DNA from: Gammaproteobacteria bacterium
GTDB lineage: Bacteria > Pseudomonadota > Gammaproteobacteria > JAKDMP01
DNA length: 64,000 bases
NCBI GenBank assembly: GCA_027018875.1
Contig: JALUYA010000032.1
Span: 26,567 to 90,566, forward strand
Direction of reading: 5' to 3'
Position numbers and translations under genes: made by a program. How positions within the stretch are numbered: position 1 is the first letter of the stretch; each line of letters starts with the position of its first letter. Below the pieces are notes generated by a model. It made no database searches, was not told the DNA's origin, and saw only the letters and a list, made by a program, of their open reading frames with translations. Positions 33,515 to 42,161 of this stretch are shown piece by piece.

Positions 33515-34990
33515 TCAGGGCAGCAGCTTGAGGAAGCTCTGCTGCAATGCATTGGCCTGCGCCAGGGTGGAAATACCCGCCTGTTGCAGAATCTGCTCGC
33601 GGGTCAACTGCGATGTGACCTGGGCGATATTGGCATCCTGGACCGTGGAACGCGCCGCGGTCAGGTTGGTCGCCGCCGTCTGCAAGTTGCTGGTGATGCT
33701 CTGAATGCGGTTTTGTATCGCGCCCAGTTGCCCCCCCTGCTGGTTGAGTGCCGAGATCGCAAAATCGACGATGCTGATCGCCTTGTTGGCTCCCTGCACC
33801 GTGCCGACATTCACGCTCGACACACTTTGCAACGTGCTCGCCGACGTTATCCCGATATTGCTGGCGCCGGAGGTGATCGCAAAGCCCTGGGTGGATTGCG
33901 CCGTCACCAGGCCCTGGAATAACCCGGTAGCGGATCCCGAGGTGATCGCGGTTCCCGTCCCGCCGGACGCCACCGCCGTCAAGCTGGTTCCGCTGACGCC
34001 GGTAAAGCCGGTGATGGAGATGTTCGCACCATTGGACTGGGTCAAAACCAGGTTGCCGTTGGCGTCCTCGCTCGCGGCGATACCGGTGGTGGCCGTGTTA
34101 TCGTTGACCGAGCTGATCAGCCCCTGCAGGTTGGTCGCGGTGATATTGACCGTATTCGTCTGCGCGGCGGTCGTACCGTTGCCCAATGTGAAGCTGATCG
34201 AGCTGCCGTTGAAGTTCGCCGTAAATGCAACGCTGGTCTTCGCCGCGGCGCTGACCCCGGTGTTCTCGGTCACCGCGTTGATGGAGGCGGCAATGCTTTG
34301 TGCGGACTCCGTCGCGGCGGTCACCGTGACGCTCTGGGTGCCGGTGGAGCCGGCAATCGTGACCGCCCCCGAGGTGAATGCCCCACCCGAGGTGGTCCCG
34401 GTAAAGGCCAGCCCATTCACCGTCGAACCCGACGTGCCACCGAACAGGGTGCTCCCTGCACCGGTTTCATTCACCCCGATCGACTTCGCGCTGGCATTGG
34501 CGATCGAAACATTGAGGATCTGGTTGGCGTTGGCGCCCACCTGAAACTGCTCGCCGGCAAAGTTCCCGTTCAAGATGTTCTGGCCGTTGAACTGGGTCTG
34601 CTGGGCGATGGTGTTGACCTGCGCGGTGAGTTGCCCCACCACGTTTTGCAGCGCCTGGCGGTCGGTGACGCTGTTCGAGCCGTTGGCCGCCTGCACCGCG
34701 ATGGTGCGGATCTTCTGCAGAATGTTGGTCTGCTGCTGAATGGCGCCGGTGGCGGTCTGGACCAGCGAAACGGCCTGGTTGGCATTGGAAATCGCCTGGT
34801 TCACCCCGTTAAGCTGGGTGGTGAACCGTTGCGCAATCGCGTAGCCGGCCGGATTGTCCGCCGGGCTGTTGATCTTCAGGCCCGTGGACAATTCCTCGAC
34901 CGCCCGATTCAAACCGGCGGCGGTGTTGTTGAGGGCGTTGCGTGCGAACAGCGCCCCCAGGTTGGTGTTGATTACCCCTGAAACTGCCAT
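33515..34990 (-). CDS. fliC: Flagellin
   Basis: INTN, LSTGLKINSPADNPAG, TQFNG, FQVGAN, LGAIQNR, QILQQAG. Confidence 0.97.
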   Translation of the reverse strand: MAVSGVINTNLGALFARNALNNTAAGLNRAVEELSTGLKINSPADNPAGYAIAQRFTTQLNGVNQAISNANQAVSLVQTATGAIQQQTNILQKIRTIAVQAANGSNSVTDRQALQNVVGQLTAQVNTIAQQTQFNGQNILNGNFAGEQFQVGANANQILNVSIANASAKSIGVNETGAGSTLFGGTSGSTVNGLAFTGTTSGGAFTSGAVTIAGSTGTQSVTVTAATESAQSIAASINAVTENTGVSAAAKTSVAFTANFNGSSISFTLGNGTTAAQTNTVNITATNLQGLISSVNDNTATTGIAASEDANGNLVLTQSNGANISITGFTGVSGTSLTAVASGGTGTAITSGSATGLFQGLVTAQSTQGFAITSGASNIGITSASTLQSVSSVNVGTVQGANKAISIVDFAISALNQQGGQLGAIQNRIQSITSNLQTAATNLTAARSTVQDANIAQVTSQLTREQILQQAGISTLAQANALQQSFLKLLP

Positions 34991-35005
34991 GATTTCGCTC
35001 CTTAC

Positions 35006-38000
35006 TTAAGCGTTATATCGGCGTACCTGCCGGGATTCAATGGCGGGCGCCTCGCCCGCATCCCCTTTAACGGCACCCCGCGCGGGGACTTTAGAGCCCG
35101 GCAGCCAGGCGCCCAGCACCTCCTCCAGGTGATCCTCCAACAACCAGCGTTCGCGCACCAGCCGCTGCAGTTCACGCCCCTGCGCCGCGAGCGCCTCGGG
35201 CTCGGCCAGGCGTTCGCGGATGGCGCGGATCCAGTCGCGGCGGCGCGGACCCACCCGCGTGAGCGGCAACGCCCCCCGGTAGGCGACGACATCGCTGGCG
35301 ATCACCGGGTAGCCGCAGGCGCCATACTCGAGCAGGCGCAGGTTACTCTTGGCGGCATTGAATGGAGAGGCGGTGAGCGGCGCCAACGCGAGATCGAGCG
35401 CCAGCGCCCGCAGCGCCCGGGGGTAGGCGCCCAGCGGCACCGCCGGGTGTAACTCCTTCACGTAGCGCCGCAGCGGTTCGGGGCACATGCCGAAGAACAC
35501 CCAGTCCACCTCCCGCGCCAGGGCCTCGACCACGCCGGCGATCAGGGCCAGGTCGCCCGCATGGCCGATACCACCGGCCCAGCCGACACGGGGCCGGCGG
35601 GAGCCTATCGGCGCGGGAGGATCGAACGCCCCCCAAACGCTACGCGGCAGATAATTCGGCCTCACGACCACCTCCGGAGCCAAGTGCCCATAGGCCTCGG
35701 CCAGTGGCTCGGTGGCCACCACCAGGCGGTCACAGAGGCCCACGGCATCGCGCAAGCGGCGCATGATGTCGGCGGGAATCGTGCTTCGGTGGGCACTGGT
35801 AAGCGGCAGGTTGGAAATCAGATCATCCAGCTCGTAGCTGAGAAACGCCCGGCCGGTGCGACGATAGCGGCGGATCGCCTCGATCTGGTGATCCTCGAGC
35901 TGGCGCTGCAGCAGCACCGCCTGGGGTTGGACGCGCTCGATCTCGACCGCGTTGAGGGGAAGTTCGAAGCTCGCCTGCGCCTCGGCCAGCCCGGCGCCCA
36001 CCAGGGCCCGCGCCGGGGCCAGCACCCGGTACTCGCCGCAGCCCTGCCGATCCGCCGGGTGGCACAGGATCCGTGGCGGCGCCACCCGCGCCAGGTACCG
36101 CGGCGCCGGCAGTGCCGCCTCGGGCGTAAACCCCTTCCCGCGCAAACTAAGGTTTGGGTTATAGACCGGATCGGCCGCGATCCGCGGCAACCAGCGCGAC
36201 AGCATCACCCTGGATTCCTCACCAAACTGCGCCGACTGCCGGGTAGCGGAAACGCCTTCAACCTGGGATCGCTGGCTTTTCGAGCCTTCGTGAAGCAGGG
36301 TTGCATAGGGGGTATAGACCACGCGGCGGCCGCGGCGACGCAACTTGAGGCACAGGTCCACATCATTGAAAGCCACGGCCAGGTCGTCCTCATCCATGCC
36401 GCCCACAGCCAGGTAGTCCGCCCGGGAAAGCAGCAGGCAGGCCGCCGTGACCGCCGAGTAATCCTGGGCCAGCCGCGCCCGCCCGAAGTAACCGGGCGCA
36501 TCCGCCGCCAATCCGAGGAACGGATGATCCGCCGGCGCGCCGTCGCCGATGCCGAGCACCACCCCCGCGTGCTGCACCCGACCGCCGGGAAACAACAGCC
36601 GGGCGCCGACCGCGCCGACCCCGGGCTGCAGCACCCGGGCCAGCATCTCCCGCAGCCAGTCAGAATGCAGGGCCGCCGTGTCGTTGTTGAGCAACAGCAG
36701 GTATTCGCCCCGGGCGGCGGCGGCCCCGCGGTTGATCATGGCACTGAAGTTGAAGGGCCCGGGACAGGGCAAAACCCGCAGCTTCCCGTCGAGTTCCCGC
36801 GCCGCCGCGATCAGCCCGTCGAGGTACTGCCGGGCCTCGGGCTCTCGGCTGTCGTTGTCGAGCACGATCACCTCGAGGTCGGGATAGTCGGTGGCGCCGA
36901 GCAGGATTTCCAGGCAGCGCTGCAACTGCCCCACCTCGTCCCGCGTGGGAATCAGGATGGAAACCGGCGGTGTCCGCGGCAACGGGTAACACACCCGGAA
37001 GCTCGCCGGAAAGGGCCCGTCCCGGACGGTCGCGCCGGCGGCGGTGCGCGCCAGGTGCGCGCCGAGGGCGGCCCGCGCCGCCGCGATCATCTCCTCGATG
37101 CTCACTGCGCAGCGACGGGACTGGGCGTCGCGGTGATACAGAATATCCGGCAGGTGCACCAGGGTATCGCCCCCGGTATGCTCCCAGACTCGTAGCGCAA
37201 GATCGTAATCCTCGGCGCCGGGGTAGCGGTCATCCCAGCCCAGGTCCCCCAGAACGTCCTGGCGCACCAGCATCACCCCCCCCAGGTAGGGCATGCTGCG
37301 CAGCAGTTCGGGGTTGAAATCCGGCTTGTAGTGCGGGTTGACCCGCTGCCCCGAAGCCTCCAGCGTGTCCTCGTCGCTATAGAGCAGGGTCGCCCGCGGG
37401 TGTTCGGCGAGAAACCGGCGGCATAACCCGACCGCCTCCGGGTGCAGCCGGTCGCCGGCCTCGAGCAGCCCCACCCAGTGCTGCGGGTTGCGTGGCAATC
37501 CCGCGGAAAACGAATGCAGGGAAGCTTTTCCTGCGATCCGCCATTGGATCCGGGGGTCGGCCGCAACCTCATCCGCCGCCGGGCCGGCGGCCAGCACCGT
37601 CAGCCGCCAGTGACCATCGCCCTGGGCCAGCAAGCTGGCGACCGAGGCCCGGGCCGCTTTCTCACGCCCCGCAAGAGCGATACAGACCAGGTGAACCGCT
37701 CCCGCCCCGGCGGGAGCGGGGCTCGCCCGGACCGCCCGCTGCCACACGGCTTGATGCGCCCGCCACCGCGCATAGGCATCGGGCTCCGCCGCCTGCGCCC
37801 GGATGAAGGCCTCCCCCGCCTCGCGACACCAGTCCAACCCGGCGGAACGGTGACCGGGATGGTGCGCCTCTTCCACCAGGCAGCGCCAGGTTTCATACGC
37901 CGGATCGAGTGCCCCCGGCGCGGGCGCCGCCGCCCCGTCGCCGTGATGCCTCCAGGCCCCGTGCACCGCGGCCGCCGCCCGTTCGCGATCCAGTCCGGGA

Positions 38001-39583
38001 AGATCCAGCGCCGCCAGGGTGGCCCCCGGATCGCGCACCAAATCCTCGTACACCACGACCACCCGCGCCAGATCCGCCGTGTCCCGTTCGATCGCCAGCA
38101 TGTGCTCCAGCCACAGTGCCAGCGCCTGCTCGCGCTCCATGCCGTCGCGGCGGGCGAGCGAGGCGGCCACCGCCTCCGGGTGACGCACCACCACCACCGC
38201 CATTACCCGCGCGGCCGCCGCCTCGAGCAACGGCTTCCAGAACGGCAACAGACGCGCCATCCGCGGCTCCTTGAGGCCCCATAAACCGGTTCGTGCAACG
38301 GCTCGCGTGAGCGCCATGCGCGCCGCCGGGCAATAGGGCGCAAGGCCCGCGAGGGCCGCAGGATCGAGGTCCAGGCCCGGCGCGTCCCAGCGGCCGCCGC
38401 GCGCCGCAAGCAGCGCCTCGTCGATCTCCAGCAGCGACAGCGCCTCGTGATAGCCGCCCGGATTATCGGCCTGGGGCGGCAATTGTTCCGTCCCGAAATC
38501 GATGCCACCGGCCTCCAGCGCCGCGGCCATCGCCGAGGTGCCGCCGCGGTGCATACCCAGCACCACGACGGCGTGCCCGCGCCGGGCGCCGGGATGCCAG
38601 GCCTCCCGGGCGCGGGCGAAACTCTCCAGGTGCCCCGCCGTGCTTGCGGCCCAGGTATAACCCGACACCTGCTCCCGCCCGGCCCGGGCCAGCTCCTCGC
38701 GCCGCCCGCGCGACTCGCTCAACTGCCGCAACGCGGTGCCAATCCCCACCGGGTCGCGCGGATCGAAGCGCAGGTAAGCCTCGCCGTAGAGTTCGCGTAG
38801 CGCCGCTATATCGGCCGCCGCGACCGGACAGCCACAGGCCATCGCCTCGGCCACCGGCAAGGCGAAGGTCTCGTGCAGCGACGGGCACACCAGCGCCACC
38901 GCGGAGCGGTAGTAGGCGGCAAGATCCGCCGCGTCGAGCGCGCGGGCGATCAGGCGCACCCCCGCGGGGAGCGCGGGCCCGGCATAACCCGGCAGCACCA
39001 GGGTCAGCGGCAGCCGCCCACTAGCGGGCAGCCGGCACCAGGCATCGACCAGGCGGGCAATGTTCTTCTTCGGCTGCCACTGGGCCACGCAGAGCAGCCC
39101 GACCGCTTCCTCCCGCACCCGGCCGGCGGGCGTATAGACCCCTTGATCGATCCCGTGCGGGACGACATCGATTCGCGCCGCGGGAAAGCCGAGGTGGTGC
39201 ATCGCCTCGGCGGCCGCCGCCCGCGAGGGCGTGATCAGCCGATCGATGCGCCAGCGCCGCTGTACCCACGCAGCCAACTGGTGCAGTTGGCCCGCGGTAC
39301 CCCTCGCGGCCGCCGCCGGCGTGGCGTAGTAATCCTCGGGCGGAAGCGCCAACGGCCCGACCCCATGCAGGGTCACCACGGTGGGGCGGGCCGCCTCGAG
39401 CGGCGGTAACGCCCGGGGAAACAACCCACCGGCACAGTAGGGATCCCAGTACAGCTCGCCATCCCCGCCGGGGTGGACCTCGATCCCGCCTTCGCCGAGC
39501 CCGGCAACGATCCGGTCCCGGTAGACCGCGAGACTCAGGGGCACCGGCCCGGGCGCGGGCGCAAGCGTGATCCGTGCGGTCAT
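35006..39583 (-). CDS. Multi-domain flagellin glycosyltransferase: GT4 + sulfotransferase-like + GT2 + GT2 + GT4-like
   Basis: HETFALPVAEAMACG (GT4 EX7E); LGMHRGGTS and WGLKEPR; YSDED...KPDFNPELLRS; VSILIPTRD...LLNND; GWAG...KSNLRLLEYGACG; sits between flgL and fliC. Confidence 0.88.
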   Translation of the reverse strand: MTARITLAPAPGPVPLSLAVYRDRIVAGLGEGGIEVHPGGDGELYWDPYCAGGLFPRALPPLEAARPTVVTLHGVGPLALPPEDYYATPAAAARGTAGQLHQLAAWVQRRWRIDRLITPSRAAAAEAMHHLGFPAARIDVVPHGIDQGVYTPAGRVREEAVGLLCVAQWQPKKNIARLVDAWCRLPASGRLPLTLVLPGYAGPALPAGVRLIARALDAADLAAYYRSAVALVCPSLHETFALPVAEAMACGCPVAAADIAALRELYGEAYLRFDPRDPVGIGTALRQLSESRGRREELARAGREQVSGYTWAASTAGHLESFARAREAWHPGARRGHAVVVLGMHRGGTSAMAAALEAGGIDFGTEQLPPQADNPGGYHEALSLLEIDEALLAARGGRWDAPGLDLDPAALAGLAPYCPAARMALTRAVARTGLWGLKEPRMARLLPFWKPLLEAAAARVMAVVVVRHPEAVAASLARRDGMEREQALALWLEHMLAIERDTADLARVVVVYEDLVRDPGATLAALDLPGLDRERAAAAVHGAWRHHGDGAAAPAPGALDPAYETWRCLVEEAHHPGHRSAGLDWCREAGEAFIRAQAAEPDAYARWRAHQAVWQRAVRASPAPAGAGAVHLVCIALAGREKAARASVASLLAQGDGHWRLTVLAAGPAADEVAADPRIQWRIAGKASLHSFSAGLPRNPQHWVGLLEAGDRLHPEAVGLCRRFLAEHPRATLLYSDEDTLEASGQRVNPHYKPDFNPELLRSMPYLGGVMLVRQDVLGDLGWDDRYPGAEDYDLALRVWEHTGGDTLVHLPDILYHRDAQSRRCAVSIEEMIAAARAALGAHLARTAAGATVRDGPFPASFRVCYPLPRTPPVSILIPTRDEVGQLQRCLEILLGATDYPDLEVIVLDNDSREPEARQYLDGLIAAARELDGKLRVLPCPGPFNFSAMINRGAAAARGEYLLLLNNDTAALHSDWLREMLARVLQPGVGAVGARLLFPGGRVQHAGVVLGIGDGAPADHPFLGLAADAPGYFGRARLAQDYSAVTAACLLLSRADYLAVGGMDEDDLAVAFNDVDLCLKLRRRGRRVVYTPYATLLHEGSKSQRSQVEGVSATRQSAQFGEESRVMLSRWLPRIAADPVYNPNLSLRGKGFTPEAALPAPRYLARVAPPRILCHPADRQGCGEYRVLAPARALVGAGLAEAQASFELPLNAVEIERVQPQAVLLQRQLEDHQIEAIRRYRRTGRAFLSYELDDLISNLPLTSAHRSTIPADIMRRLRDAVGLCDRLVVATEPLAEAYGHLAPEVVVRPNYLPRSVWGAFDPPAPIGSRRPRVGWAGGIGHAGDLALIAGVVEALAREVDWVFFGMCPEPLRRYVKELHPAVPLGAYPRALRALALDLALAPLTASPFNAAKSNLRLLEYGACGYPVIASDVVAYRGALPLTRVGPRRRDWIRAIRERLAEPEALAAQGRELQRLVRERWLLEDHLEEVLGAWLPGSKVPARGAVKGDAGEAPAIESRQVRRYNA
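35067..35093 (-). promoter_or_regulatory. sigma28 (FliA) promoter of fliC
   Basis: TAAA-gtccccgcgcggggt(15)-GCCGTTAA, inside the 3' end of the glycosyltransferase ORF. Confidence 0.85.
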
Positions 39584-40896
39584 GGTTGTTCATCCTCCCG
39601 CCGCACCTGCCACAGCGTGGTGCCGCGATAGCGCAACAGGGCCGTCCCCGGCGGGGCACCGGCGCGGGCCAGGGTAGTGCTCAAGGGCTCGTGCCATGCG
39701 GTAATAGCACCGGCGTATTCTCCCGTGGGTTGGGTCTCGAAGCCGGCCACCAGCAGACACCGGCCGGTACACCGCCACAGGTGTTCGACGAAGGCGGTGT
39801 AGGCCGCCCGCTCGTGCTGGTGAATCAGAACATCGAGGCAAACCACCAGGTCCGCCGCCGGTGCGGTCTTTGCCCAGGCCAGGAAATCGCCGGCGACGAA
39901 GCCAAGATCGGGCCACTTCCGGCGTAATCGCTCAATTTGCTCCTCGGCGACATCGATCCCGGTATAGCGGGCTCCCCGCGGCAACGCGACGGATTCCCAC
40001 AAAACCCGATCACCACAGCCGACGTCGAGAATTGAATCGGGCGCGACCTCGTGCATAACGCGTGCAAGACACGCCTTTTTCTGCCGCCCCACGGAACCGC
40101 GCGAGCCAAGGCCCGAGCCCAGCTCGGGGTTTATTCGGTAGCGATCATTCCAGAAGCGGCGGTTATCGAACACCGCCCCCTCCCAAGGCGCAGCCACGCC
40201 GGCGGGAAGCCTCCGCCCGGGGGCGGCGAGCACCCGTACCACCGCGCGGGAGCGCTCGAGGGTGCCCCGACCGTCGCTATCGAGAAGCAATTCGCTCCAA
40301 CCACCGGGCAATGGGGTGGAATCCACGTCGCAAGTCAGAATGGGCTTGAACCGCCGCCAGGCGGGCAGTCGTCGAAGCAGATCGAGCCAGTCGGCCAGGC
40401 GCGTGCACCGCACCCAATCCACCGCATCCGGCACCGCGGCATCCGCACGATCGAGTTCGATATAGCGCACCGCGGATTGAGCCTCGACGCGGCGTAGAAT
40501 TTCGCGCCATGGCGTCACCCCACGCGCCAGCCCGGCAATGGCGACGGGCCCGTCCGCGTGGGTGGCGAGACGAAAGGTAAGCGGATCCCCATACAGATCG
40601 ATAACCCCGCGCCCGCGCAACCGCGAGGCAAGCTGTGCCTCGATCCGCGCCCGCGGGGACGGCGGACACAGAAACCGCATTGCCAGTTGCGCATCGAGCA
40701 GCGGGATACGGGCATGATCTTCTCCCCAGCTCCACTCGATCTCCGCACCATAGGCATGCAGGGTGGCAAACTCGGCGGCGGCCGCGGCCAACCCGGTGGC
40801 CTCCTCGGTGAAAGCCGCCTCGCGCCGGGCCCAGGCAAGCACGGTCTGTACATAGGCCAGCGCCCCCTGCGCGGCACCGGGACGGGGAGCCGTCAT
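39580..40896 (-). CDS. Protein with a C-terminal class I SAM methyltransferase domain
   Basis: FWNDRY...GSGLGS, ILDVGCGD, YTGIDV, CLDVLIH; 4-bp overlaps with flgL and the glycosyltransferase. Confidence 0.75.
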   Translation of the reverse strand: MTAPRPGAAQGALAYVQTVLAWARREAAFTEEATGLAAAAAEFATLHAYGAEIEWSWGEDHARIPLLDAQLAMRFLCPPSPRARIEAQLASRLRGRGVIDLYGDPLTFRLATHADGPVAIAGLARGVTPWREILRRVEAQSAVRYIELDRADAAVPDAVDWVRCTRLADWLDLLRRLPAWRRFKPILTCDVDSTPLPGGWSELLLDSDGRGTLERSRAVVRVLAAPGRRLPAGVAAPWEGAVFDNRRFWNDRYRINPELGSGLGSRGSVGRQKKACLARVMHEVAPDSILDVGCGDRVLWESVALPRGARYTGIDVAEEQIERLRRKWPDLGFVAGDFLAWAKTAPAADLVVCLDVLIHQHERAAYTAFVEHLWRCTGRCLLVAGFETQPTGEYAGAITAWHEPLSTTLARAGAPPGTALLRYRGTTLWQVRREDEQP

Positions 40897-42161
40897 GGCA
40901 GATAGTTGAACAACGACAGACTCTGCATCTGCACAAACGCCTTGGAGGCCGCCTGCAGGGCAAGGGAGGCCTGGTCGAGCCGGGTGATGACCTGCGGCAG
41001 ATTGGCGTCCTCGAGCCCGGAGCGAATCTGCTTGAACTGCGTCTGCACGGACTGATTGACCTGGGCCGCCGTCTGCGCCGCCTGAATCCGGGTGCCCACG
41101 GCCGCCTGGGTCGATCCGAGACGCGTCTGGGCCTGATCCAGGGACTCGATCACGGTATTGATTGCCTGCATGTTGCGGGCATTCTGGGCCGGCGACGCGG
41201 CCGCCGAAGTCAGCGCGGAATGCAGGTTAAGCAGCGTCTTGAACAGGCTTTGCCCGCGGCTGGGGTTGAGATCGAAGGTATCTCCCGAGGCGGGGTTACC
41301 GGCGAAATTGATCGCCAGGCCATCGAAATTGATCGTCGCCCCCGCGCTGAAGCTCCCGCTGGCCACCTGGGTTGCTCCAGCGTTCCAGCCCGCGCTCCCG
41401 ACCGCACCCGGGCCTCGCATTACGCTATAGTTCAATCCCCCCGAACCGCTGCTGAAGCGTATTTGATAACTGTCGCCGTTGGCCTGCAGGTAGGTGGCGG
41501 CCTGTACCGGATCGGTTACATTTCCCGCCGCGGTCGCCGTTCCGGTATTGGTGCTTCCCGCCTCGATGCTGAAGGTTCCGTTCCCGTCCGCAATGTTCAT
41601 GAACAGGGCGTTTCCCGGATCGCTAACCGGAATGGACTCCCCACTCGATATGGGTAAACTGCGCTGCCCGCCATCGCCGTAGTACTCGACCTGCGTCCCG
41701 CCGTTGTTCAAGGCAAACGGCTGGACATGGGTACGGCTGCCGGCGAACAGGTATTCTCCTCCCGGCCCCTGGGCATTGGCATAGCCGATCAATTGATCGA
41801 GATAGCTCTGCACGATCGCCGCGCCGTTGCGCCGATCCTGAAGGCTCAAGGTGCCATTGGCCATTTGCAGGGCCAGCGTCCGCACCCGGTTGACCAGCGT
41901 CGTCACGCTCTGCAACTGCGTGCTTTCATACCCGAGGGATTGCTGGGCATTGTCGGCGTTCCGGGCCCAGCCGCCGAAACGCTCGAGCGCCGTGTCGAGC
42001 CCGATCACCCGGGCCGCCGCGGCCGGCGCATCGGAGGGGCGGTTGATTTTCCGGCCACTGGAAAGCTGCTGATAATCGCTGTTGATGCGTGACTGCTGCT
42101 CGAGAATGCCGTTAATGGCAATCTGGTAAATTTGGCTGGTGCTGAAACGAATCATGATCAC
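40893..42161 (-). CDS. flgL: Hook-associated protein 3
   Basis: QLSSGRKINRPSD, EYLFAG, SLFNYL. Confidence 0.95.
   Translation of the reverse strand: MIMIRFSTSQIYQIAINGILEQQSRINSDYQQLSSGRKINRPSDAPAAAARVIGLDTALERFGGWARNADNAQQSLGYESTQLQSVTTLVNRVRTLALQMANGTLSLQDRRNGAAIVQSYLDQLIGYANAQGPGGEYLFAGSRTHVQPFALNNGGTQVEYYGDGGQRSLPISSGESIPVSDPGNALFMNIADGNGTFSIEAGSTNTGTATAAGNVTDPVQAATYLQANGDSYQIRFSSGSGGLNYSVMRGPGAVGSAGWNAGATQVASGSFSAGATINFDGLAINFAGNPASGDTFDLNPSRGQSLFKTLLNLHSALTSAAASPAQNARNMQAINTVIESLDQAQTRLGSTQAAVGTRIQAAQTAAQVNQSVQTQFKQIRSGLEDANLPQVITRLDQASLALQAASKAFVQMQSLSLFNYLP

Noticed and set aside
35015..35045. Second sigma28 -10 box (GCCGATAT) before fliC
   Set aside because: No TAAA/TCAA -35 element at 15-nt spacing
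31275..37195. Long + strand ORFs (443, 279, 227 and 544 aa)
   Set aside because: Antisense shadows of fliD, fliC and the glycosyltransferase, expected at high GC
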